Positions 28,178-36,427 of a stretch of DNA of 64,000 bases are shown here, piece by piece. Numbering within the stretch: the stretch's first letter is position 1; every line of letters begins with the position of its first letter. The position numbers were made by a program, and so were the translations under genes. Under the pieces are notes generated by a model. It did not search any database. It worked only from the letters and a program-made list of their open reading frames with translations, and was not told the origin of the DNA. Source of the stretch: an uncultured Chloroflexia bacterium (GTDB lineage: Bacteria; Chloroflexota; Limnocylindria; Limnocylindrales; CSP1-4). The stretch spans positions 92,938 through 156,937 of the forward strand of contig CAVVCZ010000007.1 in the NCBI GenBank assembly GCA_963746845.1, written 5' to 3'.

Positions 28178-29803
28178 TCAGTCGCGGCGCTCCGCACGGG
28201 CGAGTCGCTCGCCGGGAAGCGCCTGGACGCCTCGTGGACCCGCGTCCGAGGGGCGGCCCTGGCCGGAGCCGGGATTGCCGCCCGGGCCACGGCCGCGGTC
28301 GTCGCGCGGGCGGTCGCGGCGGACGCGCGGATCGCCGTAGCGGTCCGTCCGCTCGCCGCCGCCGGCCCAGCCCGAGCGGGCTCCCGCGCCGTTGCCGATC
28401 CCCACCCCGACCGGAGCCGGACGACGAGGCCCGCTCCGGCCCGGTCGCGGGCCGTGATTGGCGGGGATGGGGGTGCGATCGCGATGGGCGCCCGGGCCGC
28501 CGCGAAACGCGGACGGGATCGGTCGCGACCCGACGCCGCGCGCCGGACTCGCGAAGCGCTGGCCGCCCGAGCGCTGGCGGATCGGCTCGGGGCGGATCGA
28601 CCGGTCAGGCTCGAAGCCGGCGATCACCTCGGTCGGGATCGGGTGGCCGAGCAGCCTCTCGATCTCGCGAAGGAGCGGCGCCTCGTCGACGCAGACGAGC
28701 GAGATCGCGTCGCCGGTGGCGCCGGCGCGGCCCGTCCGTCCGATCCGGTGGACGTAGTCCTCGGCGACCATCGGCAGCTCGTAGTTCACGACGTGGGGCA
28801 GGTCCTCGATGTCGAGCCCGCGCGACGCGACCTCCGTCGCGACGAGGATGTTCGCCCGGCCGGCCTTGAAGTCGTCGAGGGCCCGGACCCGCTGGCCCTG
28901 GCTCTTGTTGCCGTGGATCGCGGCGGCCTTGATCCCGTCGCGACCGAGCTGCTCGGCCAGGCGGTTCGCACCGTGCTTCGTTCGCGTGAACACGAGCGCC
29001 TGCTCGATCCGGCCGCTCCGGATCAGCGTGCTGAGGAGATCCCGCTTGCGCTCACGATCGACCGGGAAGACGACCTGGGTGACGAGCTCGACCGCGGAGT
29101 TGCGCGGGGTGACTTGGACGGTCGCCGGGTCGCGCAGGATGCCGCCGGCGAGCTGCCGGATCTCGTTGGAGAACGTCGCGCTGAACAGCAGGTTCTGCCG
29201 GTCGACCGGGAGCAGCGCGATGACCTTGCGGATGTCGCGGATGAAGCCCATGTCGAGCATCCGGTCGGCCTCGTCGAGGACGAGGATCTCGAGCCGGGAC
29301 AGGTCGATGTGGCCCTGGGTGATGTGGTCGAGCAGCCGGCCGGGCGTGGCGACGACAATCCCAGGACCGGCCCGCAGTGCCCGGTTCTGGGGCTCGTAGC
29401 CGACGCCGCCATAGATCGCGACGGACCGGATCCGGCGATGGGCGCCGTAGGTCCGGACGCTCTCCTCGATCTGGAGGCAGAGCTCGCGGGTCGGGGTGAG
29501 GATCAGGGCGCGGACCGGCGAGTGGGCGGAGCGGCGCGGATCACGCTGGTCGCGTTGGTCGCGGCCGGGCTCCGTGGCGCCATTGGACTTCCAGCCCGGC
29601 GTTCGCTCGGCATTGAGGAGCTGGAGCATCGGCAGGACGAACGCGGCGGTCTTGCCGGTGCCGGTCTGGGCGCCGGCGAGAATGTCGCGACCGGCGAGCA
29701 CCAGGGGGATGGCTTCGCGCTGGACGGGGGTGGGCTCGGTGTAGCCCTGGTCCGCGACGGCGCGGAGCAACTCGGGCGTCAGCCCGAGATCAACGAAGGA
29801 CAT
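28178..29803 (-). CDS. rhlE: DEAD-box RNA helicase (RhlE-like)
   Basis: Q motif [60 protein letters not shown]. Confidence 0.93.
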   Translation of the reverse strand: MSFVDLGLTPELLRAVADQGYTEPTPVQREAIPLVLAGRDILAGAQTGTGKTAAFVLPMLQLLNAERTPGWKSNGATEPGRDQRDQRDPRRSAHSPVRALILTPTRELCLQIEESVRTYGAHRRIRSVAIYGGVGYEPQNRALRAGPGIVVATPGRLLDHITQGHIDLSRLEILVLDEADRMLDMGFIRDIRKVIALLPVDRQNLLFSATFSNEIRQLAGGILRDPATVQVTPRNSAVELVTQVVFPVDRERKRDLLSTLIRSGRIEQALVFTRTKHGANRLAEQLGRDGIKAAAIHGNKSQGQRVRALDDFKAGRANILVATEVASRGLDIEDLPHVVNYELPMVAEDYVHRIGRTGRAGATGDAISLVCVDEAPLLREIERLLGHPIPTEVIAGFEPDRSIRPEPIRQRSGGQRFASPARGVGSRPIPSAFRGGPGAHRDRTPIPANHGPRPGRSGPRRPAPVGVGIGNGAGARSGWAGGGERTDRYGDPRVRRDRPRDDRGRGPGGNPGSGQGRPSDAGPRGVQALPGERLARAERRD

Positions 29804-29936
29804 GGGAGACGGAACTCCTGACGGGGCCCTCCCGCACGCTTGCGGGGCCCGGTCAGGGCACGAGTGGATCGGGTCGTCGGTTTCAGGGACCGGGGCGCTG
29901 ACCGGAGCGCCCATCGAACACGAGAGACCCATCCTA
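29804..29936 (-). promoter_or_regulatory. Structured ~120-nt 5' UTR of the helicase gene; SD partly sequestered in a hairpin
   Basis: TAGGAT -10 at 29931-29936; stems GGGCGCT/AGCGCCC and CCTGAC-GGGCCC-CGCA/TGCG-GGGCCC-GTCAGG(AG). Confidence 0.5.
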
Positions 29937-29971
29937 TCCGATGCGGAGGGGTTTCGTCGCCACGCGTGTCG

Positions 29972-31051
29972 TTATCGGCGCGGGTGCGTGTCGGCCCGGA
30001 TGCCCGCACGCGGCTCGGCGGCAACGTGGAGTGCGGCCCGCCACGGCCCCACGAGTGTCTCGAACTGGGCGGGCGCGAATGCGTGCCGGAGGACGATCGC
30101 GTGGATCGCGCGATCAAGCGACCGCCGCGCGGCCGGCGGGATCGGACCAGGGAGCGCGGCGGTGGCGTCACGCCGGGCGAGCTCCGAGGACACGCGGAGC
30201 GCATCGTTCTCGTCGGGTCGGAGGCCGGGTGGCCACGGCGGTCCGCCGCGTCCGGCCGGGGTCGCTGCCGCGAGCATCCCGATCCGGCGGAGCTCGTCCG
30301 GGGCGAGGCGGGGGAGCGCCTGGATGGCGGCCGCGACGGCCTGGCCGTTCGGACCGTAGCGGGGCTGGTCCACGGCCGCCATCCAGCCGCGGGTCAGGCG
30401 CTCCTGGACGCGCTCGCGGAAGTCGCCGGAGAGATGCTCGTCGAGGAATGCCGCGAGCACGATCTCCTGGCCGTACCCGACGGCGGAATCCCGGACACCC
30501 GGGTTCCAGCGGACCGCCCGGGGCAGCCGCTCGTGGACCCGCCGTTCGACGGACTCGAGTGATGCGAGGAGCTCCGGCGAGAGGAACCGGGCAATGGACG
30601 CGACGAAGGCGATCGGCGGCGTCTCGGCGAGGGTCAGGCGGTCGATCTCGTCGGGCGTGAGCCGCTCGATCCGATCGAGGTGACGGGCAAGGGCCTCCTC
30701 GGCGTCGACCGGCCGGCGACGATGGACACGCGCCGGGGATGGCCGCGGCCGCCCGTCGGTCGGTGGGTGCCAGCCGCCCTGGCCGCGCGGACCCGAGCGC
30801 GAGGGCCGGGCCGGTCGCGCGCGTCGCTCGCGGTCGTAGCGAGCGCGGAGCTCCGGGTCCGACAGCCAGTCGTGGGCGACATTGATCCGCTTCGCCCGCT
30901 CGTCGGCATCGGCGCCACCGCCCGCGACGTCCGGGTGGTGGCGCTTGAGCAGGGCCCGCCAGGCGACCTCGACCGCCTCGAACGACGCGTCGGCGGGCAG
31001 CTCGAGGCGCGCGTACAGATCGTCGGTGGGAAGGAGCGGACGGGCGGGCAT
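29972..31051 (-). CDS. J-domain (DnaJ type III) protein with unknown C-terminal domain
   Basis: DLYARLEL..AWRALLKRHHPD..AKRINVAHDWLSDPELRARYD. Confidence 0.88.
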   Translation of the reverse strand: MPARPLLPTDDLYARLELPADASFEAVEVAWRALLKRHHPDVAGGGADADERAKRINVAHDWLSDPELRARYDRERRARPARPSRSGPRGQGGWHPPTDGRPRPSPARVHRRRPVDAEEALARHLDRIERLTPDEIDRLTLAETPPIAFVASIARFLSPELLASLESVERRVHERLPRAVRWNPGVRDSAVGYGQEIVLAAFLDEHLSGDFRERVQERLTRGWMAAVDQPRYGPNGQAVAAAIQALPRLAPDELRRIGMLAAATPAGRGGPPWPPGLRPDENDALRVSSELARRDATAALPGPIPPAARRSLDRAIHAIVLRHAFAPAQFETLVGPWRAALHVAAEPRAGIRADTHPRR

Positions 31052-31080
31052 CGCCGGCCCATCGTATCGGCCGGTCGCGC

Positions 31081-32784
31081 CTACGAGCCGCGGATCAGCG
31101 CCTCGACGTCCTCGATCGAGCGGGTGGAGCGCTCCCCGGTCGCCCGGTTCGTGACCTCGACCCCGCCGGCCGCGAGCGAGCGGGGCGACACCGTCAGGAT
31201 CCACGGCATCCCGAGCAGCTCGGCGTCGGTGAACTTCACGCCGGGCGACTCGTCCCGGTCGTCGTACAGGATGTCGCGCCAGTGTCCAGCGCCCTGGGCG
31301 ACGTCGTGCAGGCGCTCGGCGACCTCCGTGACCCGCGGCTCCTTCGCCGCGCCGATCGCCACGAGATGGGCGGCATACGGCGCGACCTCCTCGGGCCAGA
31401 CGATCCCCTTCTCGTCGTGGTTGGCCTCGACGACGCAGGCGACGTTCCGGCCGACCCCGATCCCGTACGAGCCCATGATGATCGGGTGCTCGGCGCCGTC
31501 CTCGCCCAGGTACGTCGCGCCGAATGCGTCGGTGTACTTCGTGCCGAGCTTGAAGATGTTGCCGACCTCGATCCCGTTGCGCAGGATGACCGTGCCGTCG
31601 CCGTTCGGGCACCGATCGCCTTCCTGGGCATTGGTCAGATCGACCACCACGTCCGGCGTGAAGTCGCGCCCCACGTTCACGTTCCGGTAGTGGAAGCCTT
31701 CGCGGTTCGCGCCGGCGACGAGGTTCGGTGACTTCGCGACCAGCTCGTCGACGACGACCGTCGTGTCGTGCGCTCCGATCGGCGAGCCGTAGCCGGGCTC
31801 CATCCCCGCTGCCTTGATCTCGTCGACCGTGGCCGGCCGCAGCCCGGTGCTCGCCCCGACGGCATTGACCAGCTTCGTCTCGTTGACCTCGTGGTCGCCG
31901 CGGACGATCGCGGTGATGAGCCGGCCGTCACCGGCGACGAAGAAGGCCGCCTTTGCCGTGCGCTCGGGCCCGATCCCGAGGAACGCGGCCAGGGTGGCGA
32001 TCGTCGTGGTGCCGGGCGTCGCGACCTCCTCGAGCGGCAGCGGGTCCTCGGCCGGTGGCGCCTCCCGCGGGATGACCGCGACCTGGCGGTTCGCCGCGTA
32101 GCCGCAGGCCTCGCACAGGACGAGGACGTCCTCGCCGGCGGGGTTCAGGACCATGAACTCGTGAGCGAGGCTGCCGCCCATCATCCCGACGTCGCTGCTC
32201 ACGGCGATCGCATCGAGACCGAGCCGCTCGAACGTCCGGACGTAGGCGGCGTGCTGATCCCAGTAGCTCTTGTCGAGGCCGGCCTCGTCGCGGTCGCAGC
32301 TGTAGGCGTCCTTCATCACGAACTCGCGGACGCGGATCAGCCCGCCACGCGATCGCGGCTCGTCGCGCCACTTGGTCTGGAAGTGGTAGACCATCATCGG
32401 GAGCTGGCGCCACGACTTGACGACGTCGGCCAGCAGGATCCCGACGACCTCCTCGTGGGTCATCGCCAGGACCATGTCGCGCCCGCCCCGGTCCTTGAAC
32501 CTGCCCAGCTCGGGGCCGATCGCCTGGTAGCGCCCGGATGCCTTCCAGATGTCGGCCGGATGGACGACCGGCATCTCCATCTCCTGGCCGCCGATCCGGT
32601 CCTGTTCCTCGCGGATGATCTGCTCGACCCGATCGTTCACCCGCTTGCCCAGCGGCAGCAGGGAGTAGATCCCGGATCCGAGCTGGCGGACGTAGCCGGC
32701 CCGGACCAGGAGGCGGTGCGACACCATCTCGGCATCGGCCGGGTCATCGCGCAGGCTGGTGAAGAAGAGGTGGCTCAGGCGCAT
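31081..32784 (-). CDS. proS: Proline--tRNA ligase (bacterial type with INS editing domain)
   Basis: MRLSHLF, HRLLVRAGY, THEE, RDEPRSRGGLIRVREFVMKDAYS, GIEVGNIFKLG, MGSYGIG. Confidence 0.98.
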   Translation of the reverse strand: MRLSHLFFTSLRDDPADAEMVSHRLLVRAGYVRQLGSGIYSLLPLGKRVNDRVEQIIREEQDRIGGQEMEMPVVHPADIWKASGRYQAIGPELGRFKDRGGRDMVLAMTHEEVVGILLADVVKSWRQLPMMVYHFQTKWRDEPRSRGGLIRVREFVMKDAYSCDRDEAGLDKSYWDQHAAYVRTFERLGLDAIAVSSDVGMMGGSLAHEFMVLNPAGEDVLVLCEACGYAANRQVAVIPREAPPAEDPLPLEEVATPGTTTIATLAAFLGIGPERTAKAAFFVAGDGRLITAIVRGDHEVNETKLVNAVGASTGLRPATVDEIKAAGMEPGYGSPIGAHDTTVVVDELVAKSPNLVAGANREGFHYRNVNVGRDFTPDVVVDLTNAQEGDRCPNGDGTVILRNGIEVGNIFKLGTKYTDAFGATYLGEDGAEHPIIMGSYGIGVGRNVACVVEANHDEKGIVWPEEVAPYAAHLVAIGAAKEPRVTEVAERLHDVAQGAGHWRDILYDDRDESPGVKFTDAELLGMPWILTVSPRSLAAGGVEVTNRATGERSTRSIEDVEALIRGS

Positions 32785-32825
32785 CGGCGAAGGATACCGG
32801 CGGCAGCCGGCGACGTGCCCGACGG

Positions 32826-33347
32826 TCAACCGGCCCGGGCGGTCCCCTTCGTCATCGGCGCGACGGCGATGAGGTCGGTCAGGACGCCGCGGGCGATCGT
32901 CGCCCAGTCCGGGCGCGTCCGCCCGTCGCCGAGCTCGAGCCAGCGGATCGCGTAGGCGACCCGGACCGGTCCGGGTGGATCGGTCGGACTCAGGGGCGCG
33001 GTCCGGGTGGCCGCGACCGTCGCCTCCCGCGAGAACGAGGCCGCGAGCGCGGTTCGCGTCGCGATCGGGGCGAGCTGGCCCCGCGTCCGTTCCACCTCTC
33101 GGCCGAACGGCGTGCGCGTCCAGCGCTCGGGGAGGCGGAGCGGCTCGCTTGTCCGCAGGACGAGGTCGAGCGCCAGGCGAGCCAGGTCGCGCCGCGGATC
33201 ATCCGGCCCGATCTGGCTGCCGATCGTGCCGGCCGCGGCCCCGGCGGTCGACGGGCGCTCGAACCGGAGGAGACGGGAACGCGGCTCGGCGACGACGCGG
33301 CCGCGGCGGGCGACGATCGACATGACGGCATCGTCGGGGCGGGCCAT
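32826..33347 (-). CDS. Hypothetical protein
   Basis: Fills the gap between the response regulator and proS in the same orientation; AYAIRWLEL segment; start uncertain. Confidence 0.6.
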   Translation of the reverse strand: MARPDDAVMSIVARRGRVVAEPRSRLLRFERPSTAGAAAGTIGSQIGPDDPRRDLARLALDLVLRTSEPLRLPERWTRTPFGREVERTRGQLAPIATRTALAASFSREATVAATRTAPLSPTDPPGPVRVAYAIRWLELGDGRTRPDWATIARGVLTDLIAVAPMTKGTARAG

Positions 33348-33402
33348 CAACGGCCGGTGATCGGGGCGTCAACGTTGCGGGCCCAAGCGAGGTCCGCGGC
33401 CG

Positions 33403-34116
33403 TCAGGCGAGCGCCGCCTCCGGCGGGCGACGGAAGACATAGCCCACGCCGCGGACGGTGTGGATGTACTTCGGGGCGGCCGCGTCGTCCTCGAGCGTCG
33501 AGCGCAGCCAATGGACGTGGACGTCGACCGTCCGCGTCTCCCCGGCATAGTCGTAGCCCCAGACGTGCTCGAGGAGCTGGTCGCGGGTGAACGCCTGGCC
33601 CGGGTTGCGGAGGAGGAACACCAGCAGCTCGAACGCCTTCGGCTTGATCGGCAGCGCCTCGCCGTCGCGCAGCAGCCGGTGCCCGGCGAGATCGACCTGG
33701 ACCCGGCCGAGATCGATGACCGACTGTCCACCCGGGCCGGGCGCGGCCACCTGCTCCGATCGCCGGAACAGGGCGCGGATCCGGGCGGAGAGCTCGCGCA
33801 GCGAGAACGGCTTCGTCACGTAGTCGTCGGCGCCGAGCTCGAGCCCCACGACCTTGTCGAGCTCGCTGTCCTTGGCCGTGAGCATGACGATCGGGACGCC
33901 GGACTCGGCGCGGATGATCCGGCAGACCTCGATCCCGGACAGCTCGGGCAGCATGAGGTCCAGCAGGATCAGGTCCGGATGATCGGCCCGGAACTGGCTG
34001 AGGGCGGCGCGCCCGTCGGCGGCCTGAAGGACCCGGAACCCCTCGGCCTCGAGCGCATCCGCGAGCGTCTCACGGAGCGTCGTCTCGTCCTCCACGACGA
34101 GGATCGTTCGTGCCAT
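33403..34116 (-). CDS. OmpR-family response regulator, PhoP/RegX3-like
   Basis: LTAKDSELDKVVGLELGADDYVTKPFS.REL, KAFELL, VWGYDYAGETRTVDVH, TVRGVGY. Confidence 0.93.
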   Translation of the reverse strand: MARTILVVEDETTLRETLADALEAEGFRVLQAADGRAALSQFRADHPDLILLDLMLPELSGIEVCRIIRAESGVPIVMLTAKDSELDKVVGLELGADDYVTKPFSLRELSARIRALFRRSEQVAAPGPGGQSVIDLGRVQVDLAGHRLLRDGEALPIKPKAFELLVFLLRNPGQAFTRDQLLEHVWGYDYAGETRTVDVHVHWLRSTLEDDAAAPKYIHTVRGVGYVFRRPPEAALA

Positions 34117-34124
34117 CGAGCCGA

Positions 34125-34157
34125 ATCCTATCGGTCCGTGTTAACGAGAGGTTTCCC
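34125..34157 (-). promoter_or_regulatory. Promoter of the PhoP-like gene: -10 TAGGAT plus candidate PHO box GGAAACC-N4-GTTAACA
   Basis: gttaacgagaggtttcc (34140-34156) matches 11880-11896 at 14 of 17 positions; -10 lies 8 nt before ATG. Confidence 0.6.
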
Positions 34158-34196
34158 GGGTCGGTGAAGGGGGGGGTCCCGCCGCTCGCGATCCGC

Positions 34197-35705
34197 TCAG
34201 CCGGCGGCGACGACCCCCAGGGACGCGATCGCCGCGTCGAGACGCGCCAGCGTCCGCTCCCGCCCGAGCGCGACGAGCGTGTCGAACAGCGGCGGCGTCG
34301 CCGTCCGGCCCGTCGTCGCGACGCGGATCGCCATGAACAGGTCGCCGGCCTTCCAGCCGCGCTCCTCGACCAGCGCCCGGAGCGGCGGCTCGAGCTCGTC
34401 CGCCTCCCACGTGACGCCGTCGTGGCCGGCGAGGACGTCGCGGGCGGCGAGGAGGCCGTCGCGGGTCGTGGCGGCATCCCAGCGCTTCGGGACGAGGGCC
34501 GCCGGGTCGAGCCCCACGTCGTCGGTCCACAGGAACCCCACGAGATCCACGACGGCCGCGAGCGTCGGCAGCCGTTCCTGGACGATCGGCAGCAGCGCGA
34601 CCACCTCGTCGTCCGACGGCCGCCGGTCGATCCGCCCGTCGTCGACGGCCGCCTGGAGGAACGGCCGGAGGCGATCGACGAGGTCGTCAGGCCCGAGCTT
34701 GCGGATCCATTGTCCGTTCAGCCACTCGAGCCGGTCGCGGTCGAACCGGGCGCCGCCCTTCTGGACGTTGGCGATGTCGAACCGGTTGATGATCTCGTCG
34801 AGCGACAGGACGTCCTCCGCGGTGCCGGGGCTCCAGCCGAGATAGGCGAGGTAGTTGACCAGCCCCTCGCGGATGAAGCCCTGGCCCCGGTAGTCGTCGA
34901 CAGCGGTCTGGCTCTTCCGCTTGCTCATCTTCGTCCCGTCGGGGTTGAGGATCAGCGGCAGGTGGCCGAAGACCGGGACGGGATGGCCGAGCGCCTCGAA
35001 CAGCAGGATGTGCTTCGGCGTGTTCGAGATGTGGTCCTCGCCGCGGATCACGTGGCTGATCTCCATCGCCGCGTCGTCGACCACGACCACGAAGTGGTAG
35101 AGCGGCGTCCCGTCCGCGCGGGCGATCACGAAGTCGCCGCCGAGGTTGGCGGTGTCGATCTCGATCCAGTCGCGGACGAGGTCGTTCCAGCCGACGACGC
35201 CCGGGCGCACGCGGAAGCGGATCGCCGGCCGTCGGCCTTCTGCCAGCCGCGCCGCCCGCTCGTCGGCGGTCAGGTTCGCGCAGCGGCCGACGTACCGTGG
35301 CGGCAGCCTCGCGGCCTCCTGGGCCTTCCGGTCGGCCTCGAGCTCGTCCGGCGTGCAGAAGCACGGGTAGGCCTGGTCGTTCGCCAGGAGGCGGTCGGAC
35401 GCGGTGCGGTAGGAGTCGAGGCGCTGCATCTGGCGATACGGGGCGTACGGCCCGATATCGCCGCCCCCGGCGACGTCCGGACCCTCGTCCCAGGTCACGC
35501 CGAGCCAATGCAGGCCCTCGAGGATGTCGCGCTCGTTCTCCACGGTGTTGCGGGCGACGTCGGTGTCCTCGAGCCGGAACACGAACGTTCCACCGACGTG
35601 CCGGGCGTACAGGAAGTTGAACAGCGCAGTCCGCGCGGTCCCGATGTGGAGCGGCCCGGTCGGGCTCGGTGCGATCCGGACGCGGATCGTGGGATCAGCG
35701 GGCAT
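34197..35705 (-). CDS. gltX: Glutamate--tRNA ligase
   Basis: RIAPSPTGPLHIG, RLEDTD, YPCFCT, IRGEDH, KMSKR, TPPLF. Confidence 0.97.
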   Translation of the reverse strand: MPADPTIRVRIAPSPTGPLHIGTARTALFNFLYARHVGGTFVFRLEDTDVARNTVENERDILEGLHWLGVTWDEGPDVAGGGDIGPYAPYRQMQRLDSYRTASDRLLANDQAYPCFCTPDELEADRKAQEAARLPPRYVGRCANLTADERAARLAEGRRPAIRFRVRPGVVGWNDLVRDWIEIDTANLGGDFVIARADGTPLYHFVVVVDDAAMEISHVIRGEDHISNTPKHILLFEALGHPVPVFGHLPLILNPDGTKMSKRKSQTAVDDYRGQGFIREGLVNYLAYLGWSPGTAEDVLSLDEIINRFDIANVQKGGARFDRDRLEWLNGQWIRKLGPDDLVDRLRPFLQAAVDDGRIDRRPSDDEVVALLPIVQERLPTLAAVVDLVGFLWTDDVGLDPAALVPKRWDAATTRDGLLAARDVLAGHDGVTWEADELEPPLRALVEERGWKAGDLFMAIRVATTGRTATPPLFDTLVALGRERTLARLDAAIASLGVVAAG

Positions 35706-36427
35706 CAGCGAGGCGGCACCTTGTGGAAGAGGGCCGGATCCGCGTCGCCGGGGAGGACGTGGACCAGCGACGCGGGTCGCAGGCCGAGGGTCGCCCGGCC
35801 ACGCGGGCCGTCCAGCGTGAGCGAGTCCAGCGACTCCGATCGGGCGAGGACCGTGATCGCGGCCCCCGGCGTCAGCGCGCGGGCCTCGAGGTACGACAGG
35901 AGACCCGCGTCCTCCTCCGCCTCCTCGGTGATCCGGTAGATCGTCGCGCGCTGGCCACCCTCGATCTGGCTCAACGGGGTCCCCTTCGGCCGCTGGCGGG
36001 CGGTCTCGGCGTCGATCGGGTTGCCGTGCGGACACGTCGGCGGATGCCCGAGCATCTCGTCGAGACGCGCCTCGACCCGGGGCGACAACGCCCCCTGGAG
36101 ACGCGCCGCCTCCTCGTCGGACTCGGCCCAGCCAAGGCCGACGACCGACGTCAGCAGCCACTCGAGCAGGGCGTGTCGGCGGAAGATCCCGTCGGCGGCC
36201 GCCCGGCCGGCGCTCGTGAGGACCAGGTCGCGACCGTCCGCCTGGCGGACGAGCCCGTCGGCGACGAGGCGACGGAACATCTCGCTCGACGCCTGGGTGG
36301 AGACGCCCAGATGACGGCCCACCTGCGCGGCCTTGACGTGCGAGCCGTCGCCGGCCATCACCCGGAGCGCGAGCAGGTACTCCTGGGCCGCGCTCGACAG
36401 GTCATGGGCGTCGTGACGGCGACTCAT
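35705..36427 (-). CDS. DtxR/MntR family regulator with FeoA-like C-terminus and atypical metal site
   Basis: QEYLLAL, HTH, RRHALLEWLL, TCPHGNPI, SH3-like domain; EAARLQG in place of EACRWEH. Confidence 0.9.
   Translation of the reverse strand: MSRRHDAHDLSSAAQEYLLALRVMAGDGSHVKAAQVGRHLGVSTQASSEMFRRLVADGLVRQADGRDLVLTSAGRAAADGIFRRHALLEWLLTSVVGLGWAESDEEAARLQGALSPRVEARLDEMLGHPPTCPHGNPIDAETARQRPKGTPLSQIEGGQRATIYRITEEAEEDAGLLSYLEARALTPGAAITVLARSESLDSLTLDGPRGRATLGLRPASLVHVLPGDADPALFHKVPPR

Noticed and set aside
34169-34176. G8 tract near the PhoP-like promoter as a phase-variation site
   Set aside because: Short, outside the core promoter, and unremarkable at this GC content
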